Notes under the pieces: model-generated | Told to the model about the DNA's origin: nothing | What the model saw: only the letters and a program-made list of their open reading frames with translations | Database searches by the model: none | DNA from: an uncultured Planctomycetota bacterium | GTDB lineage: Bacteria > Planctomycetota > Planctomycetia > Isosphaerales > Isosphaeraceae | Direction of reading: 5' to 3' | Assembly: GCA_963845755.1 (NCBI GenBank) | Contig: CAWJTV010000030.1 | Coordinates: 32,001 to 96,000, forward strand | DNA length: 64,000 nucleotides | Position numbers and translations under genes: made by a program | In this document: one piece after another, positions 45,087 to 56,954 of the stretch | Numbering within the stretch: the stretch's first letter is position 1 | Layout of the letters: each line of letters begins with the position of its first letter

Positions 45087-45322
45087 GGCGTCTCAGTGAA
45101 TTGAGGTTTGTGGCGAGGAAACGGACCGCCCGGCGCGGCCTGCAATCGGCGCCGGCTCCCGGGACTCTCACTCTATCATACGCCTCCTGGTGCTGATTAC
45201 GAAGTCCACAATCCTCAGCGTCCTCGCGGCAAGTGACGAGTTGCAAGCTGCAAGTAAAAACAGCACATCACCTTCCGTGCTTGCCACTTGTTACTTGCCA
45301 CTCGCCACTTGCATCGTCCGAA

Positions 45323-46949
45323 TTAACGAACCGACCCTTCGATCCGGGCGGCGTTTTCCTTCTCGTCGTCCTTGATGTTGGTGATCATCGCCTCGGTCGT
45401 CAGCATCAATGAGGCAATTGAGGATGCGTTCTGGAGCGCGGAGCGAGTGACCTTGGTGGGATCGACGATGCCGGCGGCGAACATGTCGACAAACTCACCC
45501 GTATTGGCGTCAAATCCCATCGACGCCTCCTGGTTGCGTACCTCCTCAGCGATCACGGCGCCATCGTGTCCGGAGTTGGACGCGATGTAGCGGATCGGTT
45601 CCTCGAGCGCCCGCAGAACAATAGCCGAGCCCAGCTTCTCGTCGCCGGAGAGGGCCTTATGGACCTTCTCGACCGCCGGGATCACACGGAGCAGGGCCAC
45701 GCCGCCGCCGGGGACAATGCCTTCCTCAGCGGCCGCGCGGGTCGCATGCAGGGCGTCCTCGACCCGGGCCTTTGTCTGCTTCATCTCGGTCTCACTTGGA
45801 GCACCGACGCGGATGAGTGCCACGCCACCGGAGAGCTTCGCCAGCCGCTCCTGGAACTTCTCCTTGTCGTATTCGCTGTCGGTCTCATCGATCTGGCGCC
45901 GGAGCTGGTCAATCCGGCGCCTGGATCTCGGCGCGTTTGCCAGCCCCTTGAATGATGGTCGTGCTATCCTTGTTGACCTTGATCTGCTTGGCCTTGCCAA
46001 GCTGCGAGAGCTGGAGGTTTTCCAGCTTGAGGCCCAGGTCCTCGCTGATCACGGTGCCGCCGGTGAGGACCGCCATATCACCGAGCATCGCCTTGCGGCG
46101 GTCGCCGAAGCCGGGAGCCTTGACCGCGGCGATGTTGAGCACGCCGCGGAGTTTGTTGACAACCAGGGTTGCCAGGGCCTCGCCCTCGACGTCCTCGGCG
46201 ACGATCAACAGCGGCTGACCCGACTGGGCGACCTTCTCCAGCAGGGGGACCATCTCGCGAAGGCTGCTGATCTTCTTCTCGTGGAGCAGGATCAGGGCAT
46301 CCTCGAAGATGACCTCCATGGTGGAAGGATTCGTAACGAAGTAAGGGCTCAAATAGCCCTTGTCAAACTGCATGCCTTCGACGAACTCGAGGGTGGTCGT
46401 CGCGGTCTTTCCCTCCTCGACCGTGATCACGCCGTCGCGGCCGACCCGCTCGACGGCATCGGCCAGCATCTTGCCGATCGCCGGGTCATTATTCGCCGAG
46501 ATGGCGCCGACCTGGGCGATTTCTTCCTTCTTGGACACCGGCCGAGAGACCTTGCTGGCCAGCTCGGCCACCGCGGCCTCGACGGCCTTTTCGATACCCC
46601 GGCGCACCGCGGTGGGATTGGCACCCGAGGTGATGTTCTTCAGCCCCTCGCGGTAGATGGCGCGGGCCAGGATCGTCGCCGTCGTGGTCCCGTCGCCGGC
46701 CACGTCGGAGGTCTTGGACGCAACCTGGTTGACGAGCTTGGCGCCCATGTTCTCGAATGGGTCGGCCAGCTCGATCTCCTTGGAGACAGTAACGCCGTCC
46801 TTGGTGACGGTCGGGCCACCGAACGATTTACTGAGAATCACGTTGCGCCCGGTCGGACCGAGCGTCGAGCCGACCGCGCGGGCGAGGATATCGATCCCCT
46901 CCAGCATCTTCCGGCGTGCGGCGTCGGAAAAGAGCAATTGTTTCGCCAC
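45323..46949 (-). CDS. groEL: Chaperonin GroEL, copy without a GGM tail (frameshift near 45915)
   Basis: [36 protein letters not shown]; ends ...ARIEGSVR. Confidence 0.96.
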
Positions 46950-47049
46950 CGTCGTAGGCTCCTCGATTCCAAATGGATTCGGTTGGGGAGGTTGTGGGCC
47001 AGACGGGCCGCAGGTTCGCGGCGGCCCCGACCGGCCCGCGCGTCATGTC

Positions 47050-47349
47050 TTACTTGACGATCTTCGCCAGGATGTCGGACTCGCGAAGGATCTTGATCTC
47101 CTCGCCGTCCACCTTGATTTCGGTGCCGGAGTATTTGCCGAAGAGCACCACGTCCCCTTCGACCACTCCGATCGGGGCCCGTTCTCCCGAGTCGAGCAAT
47201 TTGCCCGGCCCCACCGCGAGCACAGTGCCCCGCTGTGGCTTCTCCTTGGCGGTATCCGGCAGCACGATCCCGCCGGCCGTCTTCTCCTCGGCCTCGATCT
47301 GCTGAATCACCACCCGATCCTCAAGCGGTCGAATCTTCTGCTTCGCCAT
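47050..47349 (-). CDS. groES: Co-chaperonin GroES
   Basis: [23 protein letters not shown]. Confidence 0.97.
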   Translation of the reverse strand: MAKQKIRPLEDRVVIQQIEAEEKTAGGIVLPDTAKEKPQRGTVLAVGPGKLLDSGERAPIGVVEGDVVLFGKYSGTEIKVDGEEIKILRESDILAKIVK

Positions 47350-47473
47350 GAATGCGTGTCCTTTATTCTGAATCCTGGTGTCTTGCCCGTGTGAAGGAAT
47401 GATCTCGGCTCTTGCCGTGAGTTCTTCGGTTTCCGGTTTCGCACGTCAGGCTGGAACGCCTGAGTGACTTCGA

Positions 47474-49158
47474 TCACATCATCCCCATATCTCCCATGCC
47501 ACCCATACCGCCCATGCCACCCATACCGCCCATGCCACCTCCGCCGTGGTGGGGGTCGTGATGCCCGGCGGGCTCCTTCTTCTTGGGCGGCTCGGCGACC
47601 AGAGCTTCCGTCGTGAGCAGGAGCCCGGCGACGGAGGCGCCATTCTGGAGTGCGGAGCGGGTGACCTTGGTGGGATCGACGATCCCGGCGGCGAACATGT
47701 CACCCCATTTCTCAGCGGCGGCGTCGTAACCGAACCGGGCATCCGAGCTCTTCTTGATCCGGTTGACGACGACAGCCCCATCGATTCCGGCGTTGTCGGC
47801 GATGTACCGAGCGGGCTGCTCGATGGCGCGGCGAACGATGTCGGCTCCGTGACCTTCATCGCCGGTGAGTTTCAGCGCGTCGATGGCCGCAGCGGCCCGG
47901 ATCAGAGCGGTACCACCGCCGGGCACCACGCCTTCTTCGATGGCCGCGCGGGTGGCGTGCAGCGCGCGTCTTCGACGAGGGCCTTGCGTTCTTTCATTTC
48001 GGTCTCGGTGGCGGCGCCGACGTTGATCTGGGCGATACCGCCGGCGAGTTTCGCGAGCCGCTCCTGAAGCTTTTCGCGGTCATACTCGCTGTCGGTCCCC
48101 TCGATCTCGCGGCGGATCATCTCGGCGCGGCCCTTGATCTCGCTGGCGGTGCCGGCCCCTTCGACGATCGTGGTGTTCTCGCTGCTGATGGTAACCTTCT
48201 TCACGCGACCGAGGTCGGCGAGCTGGATATTCTCCAGGTCGATGCCCAGGTCTTTGAAGATCGCCTTGCCGCCGGTCAGCACGGCGATGTCGCCTAGCAT
48301 CGCCTTACGGCGATCGCCGTAGCCCGGCGCCTTGACCGCCGCGATCTTGAGAATGCCTCGCAGCTTGTTGACGACCAAGGTCGCCAGGGCCTCGCCCTCG
48401 ACGTCCTCGGCAATGATCAACAGTGGCTTGTTCGCCTTCGCCATCTTCTCGAGCAGGGGGATCAACTTGGTTGGCGTGCTGATCTTCTCCTCGTAGATCA
48501 GGACGTGAGCGTCCTCCAGGACGACCTCCATGCGCTCCTGATCGGTGACGAAATGGGGGCTGAGATAGCCCCGGTCGAACTGCATCCCCTCGACCACATC
48601 CACGGTGGTCTCGAAGGCCTTGCCTTCCTCGACGGTGATCACGCCGTCCGTGCCGACTTTCTCGAAAGCGTCGGCCAACTTCTCGCCGATCGAGATGTCA
48701 TTGTTGGCGGCGATCGACGCGACTTCGGTGATCTCCTTTTTCCCCGAGACCTTCTTGGACTGACCCTTGACGTGGGCAACGACCGCTTCCACGGCCTTCT
48801 CGATGCCGCGCTTCAGGGTCATGGCATCGGCACCGGCGGCGAGGGCTTTGAGCCCTTCCTTGTAGATCGCCTCGGCCAGGACGGTGGCGGTGGTCGTGCC
48901 ATCCCCCGCGGCGTCGGACGTCTTCGAGGCCGCTTCCTTGACGAGCTGTGCGCCCATGTTCTCGTAAGGGTCGGTCAGCTCGATCTCCTCGGCTACCGTC
49001 ACACCGTCCTTGGTCACGGTTGGGCTCCCCCAGCCCTTGTCGATCACGGCATTACGACCGCGTGGACCAAGCGTACAACGAACCGCACGCGCCAGTTTCG
49101 TCACGCCGGTGGCCAGCTTCTGGCGGGCCTCCTCGTCGTAGGCCAATATCTTCGCCAC
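47474..49158 (-). CDS. groEL: Chaperonin GroEL, copy with His-rich + GGM tail (frameshift near 47965)
   Basis: GTG start after [33 protein letters not shown]; tail [18 protein letters not shown]... Confidence 0.96.
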
Positions 49159-49272
49159 AATGAGTCTCCTTCGTCGTTGTCCGAGGGTCGGCCGGGTCTC
49201 GCCCGCCCGGCTCGATGCGCGGGACGCCACGTCGATACGTACAGCCCCAAAGATGAAAACGCACAGCCCAGA

Positions 49273-49288
49273 TGCAAGCCATATACCA
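49273..49288 (-). promoter_or_regulatory. Putative sigma54 (-24/-12) promoter of the chaperone operon
   Basis: Minus strand TGGTATATGGCTTGCA = GG-N10-GC, about 115 nt upstream of groEL. Confidence 0.6.
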
Positions 49289-49586
49289 ATCGTTGAGAAT
49301 TTCCCTAATTCAAATTCTAACAGGATTTTACGTCATTTCGTGTATGGAGTCGTCGTGGACGAGACTGTCGTTTTGGCAGTTGGGCGACCGATTTGTCATT
49401 CTTGACATTGCCCAGGGCAGACAGTGTCTGTCTTGGAGGTCATAGGGCTGAGGTCGGATTTCTTGACCTCTCAAAGGTCCAGAAAGTTTGACGGCGACCA
49501 CGGCGCCCGTCAGACTGTGCGAATGGTCTCGGTCCTGGCAACGTGGGTTGGCTTCGGTCCGTGCGACAATAGATGAGGAGACAGCG

Positions 49587-50552
49587 ATGCAGTTGTCGAG
49601 TTCCGGAATCCGGCATGGAATTCGTTGGTTGCTGCTGGGAGTCTTGGTGATGTCTGGACGGGGAAACGACAGCCATGCTCAGGATCGAGCGAAGCCCCCT
49701 GAGACGATCCCCCTCTGGCCCAACGGTGTGCCCGAGGTGAAGGGGACGGATCCCGATAAGGACGTCCCGAGTCTGACCATCTGGCAGCCTCAGCCGGAGC
49801 TGGCGAAAGGCTCGGCAGTCGTCGTCTGTCCGGGCGGCGGCTATGGGATGCTGGCGAATGACCACGAAGGGAAGCAGGTTGCCGAGTGGCTGAATTCCCT
49901 GGGGATCACGGCATTCGTCCTCAAGTACCGGCTTGGTCCGCGGTATCATCATCCGGCGATGCTCCACGATGCCGGCCGGGCCATCCGCACCGTCCGGGCG
50001 CGCGCTTCCGAGTGGAAGGTGGACCCCCACCGCATCGCAATCCTGGGATTCTCCGCGGGAGGACACCTCGCCTCGACGGCCGGGACTCATTTTGACGCCG
50101 GCAAACCCGACGCCGAGGATCCGATCGAACGCGCCACTTCGCGACCCGATCGGATGATCCTGGTCTATCCCGTCATCGCGCTGGCGACACCCTATGGACA
50201 CTCCGGCTCGCTGAAGAACTTGCTGGGGGATCATCCCTCGCCGGAATCGATCGAGAGCCTGTCGAACGAGCGGCAGGTCACGAAGGACACTCCGCCGACC
50301 TTCCTCGCTCACACCAATGCCGACAAAGGCGTGCCAGCCGAGAACAGCCTGTTGTTCGCCCTGGCGCTCCGTAAGGCCGGCGTACCGGTCGAGCTGCACC
50401 TCTTCGAACGCGGTCCCCATGGACTGGGACTCGGCGGAGGCACCCCGAACTTCCGAGTACCCGCCGAACCGTCTTTCAAAGCCTGGCCCAAACTCTGCGA
50501 GACCTGGCTCAAGAACCAAGGATTCTTGGACTCGACTCCCGGAACGCATTGA
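49587..50552 (+). CDS. Secreted alpha/beta hydrolase (acetylxylan esterase/BD-FAE-like)
   Basis: Signal peptide; CPGGGY, GFSAGG, D and H of the catalytic triad (ADKGV, GPHGLG). Confidence 0.9.
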   Translation: MQLSSSGIRHGIRWLLLGVLVMSGRGNDSHAQDRAKPPETIPLWPNGVPEVKGTDPDKDVPSLTIWQPQPELAKGSAVVVCPGGGYGMLANDHEGKQVAEWLNSLGITAFVLKYRLGPRYHHPAMLHDAGRAIRTVRARASEWKVDPHRIAILGFSAGGHLASTAGTHFDAGKPDAEDPIERATSRPDRMILVYPVIALATPYGHSGSLKNLLGDHPSPESIESLSNERQVTKDTPPTFLAHTNADKGVPAENSLLFALALRKAGVPVELHLFERGPHGLGLGGGTPNFRVPAEPSFKAWPKLCETWLKNQGFLDSTPGTH

Positions 50553-51166
50553 TCGAATCCCGCAGGGTTCAATCCTTCCGGGTTCGCTTCGCGATAACGA
50601 GCGGTAACTTGGGTCGTGAACGTGCATGAGGGCAGCCCCGCAACGAACCACGATCGGCCCATCAATCCATAGCGCCATGGCCGGGATTGGTCGAGTTACG
50701 CTGGGTAAGTCTCTTTGATCCAGAGTCACTCTGCATAATCCAAACAATCGATCCTATTTGCCTAAACCTGATAATCGTGGCTTCGTTTTCGTGGTTTTCA
50801 GGTGTGTGGACCCCCGTAGTTGGCTTCGTTTCGTCATTTTCCTGTCCGCATTGCCAATCCTTTGACCTGGTTGGATGATATCGAGGCTCAATCTAATGCA
50901 GCCAAGCGAGCATCCCCGCTCGCGTGATATGACGGTCTTGCTTATCATGTTGCAATCTCCGGGTGGAAATCCAGATCGAAACTTGATGCGCGCAGACCGA
51001 GCGCCTCGAATCTCTCTATTGAGATAAGATCCGAAGAAGCGTCTCGCTGGTACACAAAATTTCGTTGATGTGTTCGATTTCATGATCAGGCGGGGGATCG
51101 GGGGCCGACGATGGCCCTACCAGGGACGACCGATTCTCCGCCGTGTTCTCGAATCGGGAGACCTTC

Positions 51167-51883
51167 ATGTCGGCCCGCTTCCCGACGACGCGTTGGAGCC
51201 GGATTGATCGCATCAGCGATCAGGCCGATCCCAATGCCCGCGCCGCATTGGAGGGATTGTGCCGGGACTACTGGTTCCCTCTGTATGCCTTCATCCGCGC
51301 CCGTGGACATTCGTCACACGAGGCTGAGGATCTCGTGCAGGGTTTCCTCGCCGACTTGCTGGAACGGGGCGACCTGGCCCGACTCGACCGATCGAAAGGC
51401 CGCTTTCGCGCGTTCCTTCGAACGGCCTGCGATCACTACCTTTCGAATCGCCGCGATCACGACCGGGCCGCCAAGCGAGGCGGGGGAGCCTCAATCGTCT
51501 CGATCGATCGACTCGACGCCGAGGGTCGGTACGGCCGAGAGCCATCCCATGCACTCACTCCCGAGCGACTCTTTGAACGCGAGTGGGCCCTGGCCCTACT
51601 GGCTCGCGTGCTCGATCGACTCGAAGCTGAGTCGGTCCAGGCCAGGAACGGTGCCTTCTTCGAGCGGATTCGGCCCGCCTTGCAGAAAGACGGCCTGGCT
51701 CCCTCATATCGCGAAATCGCCGAGGACCTCGGCATCAGTGCGGAGGCGGTGCGAGCCGCCACGCGTCGGATCCGGCTGCGGTACCGCGAATTGCTCCGTG
51801 AAGAAGTTAGCCGCACGATTGATGACCCGAGAGCCGTGGACGAAGAGATCGGCGAGTTGCTGGTTGCGCTGGCTAGCGATTGA
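51167..51883 (+). CDS. ECF RNA polymerase sigma factor (Ser/Thr-kinase-associated type)
   Basis: FPTTRWS, LCRDYWFPLY, AEDLVQGF, GRFRAFL, sigma4 region SYREIAEDLG. Confidence 0.9.
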   Translation: MSARFPTTRWSRIDRISDQADPNARAALEGLCRDYWFPLYAFIRARGHSSHEAEDLVQGFLADLLERGDLARLDRSKGRFRAFLRTACDHYLSNRRDHDRAAKRGGGASIVSIDRLDAEGRYGREPSHALTPERLFEREWALALLARVLDRLEAESVQARNGAFFERIRPALQKDGLAPSYREIAEDLGISAEAVRAATRRIRLRYRELLREEVSRTIDDPRAVDEEIGELLVALASD

Positions 51884-51918
51884 GGACACGATCCCAGTCA
51901 GGAGAATGCACAGGAATA

Positions 51919-52069
51919 TTCACCACAGAGTCACAGAGCACACAGTGAGTACCAAATCTGGATGGTTACTTTTTCAGCGCAGTTGGGAGTCGCTCCTCGG
52001 CTTCGGACCGAGGCCCAGGATTGAGAAGCGTTTCTGTCTTCTCTTTGCTCTCGGTGACTCTGTGGTGAA
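51919..52069. repeat. 151-bp element bounded by perfect 16-bp inverted repeats (CACAGAG-type)
   Basis: TTCACCACAGAGTCAC (51919-34) / GTGACTCTGTGGTGAA (52054-69). Confidence 0.8.
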
Positions 52070-52169
52070 ACCTCTGAACAACCACGCAACCGACGATTTT
52101 TTTGTCACATCCGCCGGCATTTCCTTCTTCGATGAATGAGGGAGAGGTGAATCTCTTGGAGGATCGGCG

Positions 52170-55100
52170 ATGAAAGCGGAAAACGGGTGCAGAGGCTGCG
52201 GGCACGCGCTGCCTGTCGGAGCATTGCGGGGACTTTGTCCGGTCTGTCTGCTGCGGGAGGGACTGGCCGACGATGCCCCGGAGTGGAGCGAGATTGGGCG
52301 ATTCTCCAGCCTGACCCAGGTGCCGGTCGGTGCCGGAGTCCTGGCGACATTGACGGAGGTGCTGGCGTCCGGAGACGTTCCGCGGGTGCTGCTGCGGGAT
52401 TCGGATCTCACCGATGGACCCAGTCCGCTGATCCACCCCGGTTCGCCCGAGATGCCTCCCGTCGGCGACCGCTCCGGACGGCTCCAGCTTCTGGGCGAGA
52501 TTGCCCGCGGCGGCATGGGTGCAGTGCTCAAGGGCCGCGACCCCGACCTCGGTCGCGACCTGGCCGTGAAAGTCCTCCTCGAGTCACATCGCGACAAGCC
52601 CGACTTGATCCGGCGCTTTGTGGAAGAAGCGCAGATCGGCGGCCAATTGCAGCATCCGGGGATCGTCCCGATCTACGAGCTGGGCGCGTTTGCCGACGGT
52701 CGCCCGTATTTCGCCATGAAGCTGGTCAAAGGGCGAACGCTGTCGAGCCTGCTTGACGAAGGGACGGACCCCAGGCGCGACCTGCCCCGCTTCCTCTCGA
52801 TATTCGAGGCGGTCTGCCAGACGATCGCCTACGCCCATGCGCGAGGCGTGATCCATCGCGATCTCAAGCCGTCGAACATCATGGTCGGCTCGTTTGGCGA
52901 GGTTCACGTGATGGACTGGGGCCTGGCGAAGGTCTTGCCGCAAGGAGGAGTGGCCGACGATGCCTCGGCGGGGAAGTCGCGTGCACGAGACACCGTGATC
53001 GCCACAGCCCGAAGCACGTCGGGTATCGACCAGTCTCAGTCAGGGAGCGTCCTGGACACGCCGTCGTACATGGCCCCCGAGCAGGCCCGCGGCGAGATCG
53101 ACCGGCTCGACGAGCGGTGCGACGTCTTCGCGCTCGGGTCGATCCTCTGCGAACTGCTGACCGGCGGGCCGGCCTTCACGGGACGAACCTCGGGCGAGAT
53201 CCAGCGCAAAGCCTCGCGCGGTGAGCTGAACGAGGCCGGCGATCGGCTGAATTCCAGCGGTGCCGACGCCGATTTGATCAACCTGGCCAAGGACTGCCTG
53301 GCTCCAGAACTGGAAGACCGCCCGCGCCATGTGGGGGAGGTTGCTACCCGAATCAGCGCCTATCAGACCGGCGTGCAGGAACGGTTGAGAAAGGCCGAGA
53401 TCGCACGTGCCGAGGAGAAGGCCCGCGCCGAGGAGGCGATCAAGCGCGCTCGCGTCGAGCGCGAACGTCTGCGCTTGACCGTCGCCCTGGCGGCATCGAT
53501 CCTGGCTCTGGTGATCCTCGGCGGCTGGGGCGCGGCATGGCTTTTTCAACAACGAAGGGACCGAATAGCAGGAGTGGAGGCAACACTGGCCCGGATTCAA
53601 GCGATTCGGGATCAAGCGGCAGCCGATGGGGCGGACCCGGCCCGGTGGAGGGTGGCGCTGGACGCGGCCGACCAGGCCCTCAGCTCGATGGGCGGCCTGT
53701 CTGCCTCGGAACCGGGCCGACGCTTAGCGGCCCTCCGAAAGAGGATGGCCGAAGATCAGGCACAGGCGGAACGCGACCGGAAGCTCATCGACGAGCTGAC
53801 CAACCTCAGGACGTACGTGGCCAGCGTATCATGGGAGAACGATCCGTCAGTTGCGAATCGGCGTCTTACTCGGGCGTTCAAACGCTACGGGTTGGATCTG
53901 GAAGCAATGCCGGTTAGAGACGCGGTGGCTCGGTTAAAGTCCCGCCCTCTGACGTTCGTGCGCGAAGTGGTCGGCGGCTTCGACCACTGGCTGATGTTTC
54001 GTCGAGAGATCAAGGGTGGACCGGAGAAAGTGCAACGACTCATCGAACTGGCGAACGGGCTGGATCCCGAGGCGGAGCGCAATCGGTTGCGCACTTGCTC
54101 GCACAGTCTGACCTGAAATCGAAACGTCAATCGTTGAGCGCGATGGCAGGTCACGCGAAGCTGATCGAATACGGCGCATCGAACAGCCTTGCTGCTCGCT
54201 CGATCATTGAGCAGCGCCGAGGACCAAGAAGGTGCCATCGCGGTCCTTCGTGCGGCCGTAGTTCGGTACCCTGGCGACGCCTGGACCAACTTCGAGCTCG
54301 CGAGGCTATTGAGTATCGCCCAGCCCCGTCAAACCGATGAAGTAATTCGTTTCTACACGGCGGTACGCGCTCTCCGTCCAAAATGGGGATTCGATCTGGC
54401 CATGTCGCTTCAACGGTCCGGGCAGATCGACGAGGCTGAGGCGACCTTTCGCGAACTCGTCAGACTCAATCCGAAAAGGTTTCTCTTCCTGTTCAATTTC
54501 CACCAATGCCTTCGGAGCAACGGCAAGGTGGAAGAGGCGCGATCAGTTGCCAATCGCATCGCTGCCCCTTTTTGTGATCGGCTCAGGCACGATCCTCACA
54601 ACAGATCCGCACAGCGCGAACTCCGCGTGGTCTCATGGATAATCGGAGATTTCGCCGCCGCCATCAATGTGATCCGGGAGGTAGCACAGACTTTCCCGAA
54701 CGACGCCTATCTCCATCAGTTGACGGGTCAAATACTGCTTCTTCAGAAGGATTGGCCGGGCGCAATCGCGGCGTACCGTGAAGCGATCCGAATCAAACCT
54801 TTGGACGTAGATCCCCGCTACCACCTCGCCTCCGCGCTCGGACTCTCGGGTGACCGAGAAGGAGTAATCGTGGAGTTACGCGAGGCCCTTCGTGTCGAAA
54901 GAATTCCCCAGCACCCCACAGACACGACGGTTGTTGTCGGAACCAATAGCGTCCCGCCTGCCCAGAAGAAGCAGGGCGGCGATGAAGCAGTCATCATCGA
55001 AGAACCAGAGTTTAACGAAGACGCATTTGAGGCGGAAGCCGATAACGCTTTCATTCATGGGCTCCTGATAGGCTCCTCTTCATTCTTTAAATCGACTTTA

Positions 55101-56081
55101 CACCTTGAACGCGGCCAACTCGCCCTGGGCACAGCCCTGGCGGAATCGGGCGACCTTCGAGGGGCAATCGCGGAGTACAAGACAGTCAGGCTCGGAGACG
55201 CTGGCATGGAAGGGAAGGCCATGTCACAGTTCTATCTCGGTTCCGCAACCAGGCTGGAGGGTGACTTGGCTAGTGGAATCGCTGCGTACCGTGAGGCGAT
55301 CCGCCTCGGTCTCGGCCCTGAACCTGAGATCGAGGCTCGGTACAGCCTAGGGATCGCTCTCGCAGAATCAGGAGATCCGAAGCGTGCCATCATCGAGTTT
55401 CATGAGGCGATCCGACAGGAAGGGCTCGATCGAGTCGGACCGTTTCGCCTTCTTCGAGCGATCCTTATGGGTCAGAGGTCCGAGGACGCAGTTCGAGCCC
55501 TCCGACGTGTCCGAGAACAGGCTCGCGACGACCGCGCAGTCCTTGCGGGCATTGACCTCGCGATGGCCCAGTTCGAACAACTCTCAGAATCGGGCACGCC
55601 GGTTCAGCGGATCTTTCGTATGCCGGTCGCCAGCGGCGGTCTGGCGGAGCGATACTACAATCGGCGATTCTTCATAGGGTCGGCAGCGATCTGGTCGGCA
55701 GGCTTCGCCGCGGACCCAAAGCTGGCCGACGACATGGATGCCCACAACCGCTACAACGCCGCCTGTTCGGCGGCGCTGGCATCGGCAGGCAATGGTCTCG
55801 ACAAACCGCCGCTGGACGACGAGGCAAAGGCCCGCTGGCGAAAACAGGCCCTCGACTGGCTCAAGGCCGACCTCGCTCACTGGGCCAAGCACGCTGAATC
55901 CGGCGCAACTGACGCCAAGTCTCACGTGTGCGAGACCCTCCAGCACTGGAAAGCTGACAGAGACCTTGCCAGCGTCCGCGACGAGGCCGACGTCAAGAAA
56001 CTGCCCGAGCAGGAACGGAAAGCCTGGCACGCGTTCTGGGCGGAGGTCGCTGCGCTTCTCAAGAAGACTGGCGAATCTTAG
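52170..56081 (+). CDS. Hanks-type Ser/Thr kinase with TM segment and TPR repeats (frameshift near 54090)
   Basis: CxxC/CPVC leader, IARGGMGAV, AVK, HRDLKPSN, DWG, YMAPE, DVFALG; TPR repeats; C-terminal RYNAAC...ALDWLKADL...WKADRDL. Confidence 0.92.
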
Positions 56082-56142
56082 AATCAAGAAGTCGTCCGAT
56101 TCATGATCCCCTCAAAGCACAAGGGACCAAGCGAGGCACGGA

Positions 56143-56562
56143 ATGCCGGCTCGAGATTTCTACCACGGCGTGGTCAAGGCCGCCTTGATCGCCGACGGCT
56201 GGACGATCACCGACGATCCGCTGACGCTGTCAATCGGCAAGAAGGATCTCTTCGTCAACCTCGGCGCAGAGCGTCTGCTCGCCGCGGACAAGGAAGGTCG
56301 AAAGATCGCTGTCGAGGTCAAGAGCTTCTTCGGAGAATCCGAGGTCGATGACCTCGAGAAAGCGCTTGGTCAGTTCATCCTCTACCGTGGTATTCTGGGC
56401 CAGAGTGAACCGGACCGCCGTCTTTACCTGGCGATCCGTCAGGAAGTCTTTGACGATCTCTTTACCGAACCCATCGGCCAGTTGCTCCTGAAGTTGGAGC
56501 ATCTGAAGTTAATCGTCTTCGATCCCGATCGGGGAGCCATCCTTCAATGGATACCGGACTAG
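56143..56562 (+). CDS. xisH: XisH-family PD-(D/E)XK nuclease-fold protein
   Basis: MPARDFYH...DGWTITDDP...LGAE...IAVEVKSF...ALGQF. Confidence 0.93.
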   Translation: MPARDFYHGVVKAALIADGWTITDDPLTLSIGKKDLFVNLGAERLLAADKEGRKIAVEVKSFFGESEVDDLEKALGQFILYRGILGQSEPDRRLYLAIRQEVFDDLFTEPIGQLLLKLEHLKLIVFDPDRGAILQWIPD

Positions 56563-56882
56563 ATTCCTACCGCGCCATCATCGAGCGGATCCTCACGGAG
56601 TATGCCCAATACCCGTACGCCTACGGCGAGATCGAACGTCAACTCGTCTTCGACCGCGAGCGCGATCATTATCTCCTGTTGAGTGTCGGCTGGGACAAGC
56701 ACCGCGTCCATGGTTGCGTGATCCATATTGACCTCATCGACGGCAAATGCTGGATCCAGCGCGACGGCACCGAGACGGGGATCGCGCGCGACCTGGTAGC
56801 CACCGGGATCCCAAAGGATCAGATCGTCCTGGGATTCAAGTCACCGAAGATTCGACCCCACACCGGCTACGCGGTGGCGTAG
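56547..56882 (+). CDS. xisI: XisI-family protein
   Basis: FDRERDHY...VGW...WIQRDGTE...IVLGF. Confidence 0.93.
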   Translation: MDTGLDSYRAIIERILTEYAQYPYAYGEIERQLVFDRERDHYLLLSVGWDKHRVHGCVIHIDLIDGKCWIQRDGTETGIARDLVATGIPKDQIVLGFKSPKIRPHTGYAVA

Positions 56883-56954
56883 GGCTCCAGAGGCCGGCGA
56901 TGTGACAATCGGTCACTGGCGGCGAGATCGGGGGAGAGGAGGACACCGCCCACT

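Noticed and set aside
49373..49399. CIRCE element upstream of groEL
   Set aside because: The left arm TTGGCAGTT is similar, but the right arm does not match GAGTGCTAA at 9-nt spacing.
50778..50842. Two copies of TGGCTTCGTTT in a ~600-bp intergenic gap
   Set aside because: Too short and too few to support a call; no convincing ORF or RNA structure.
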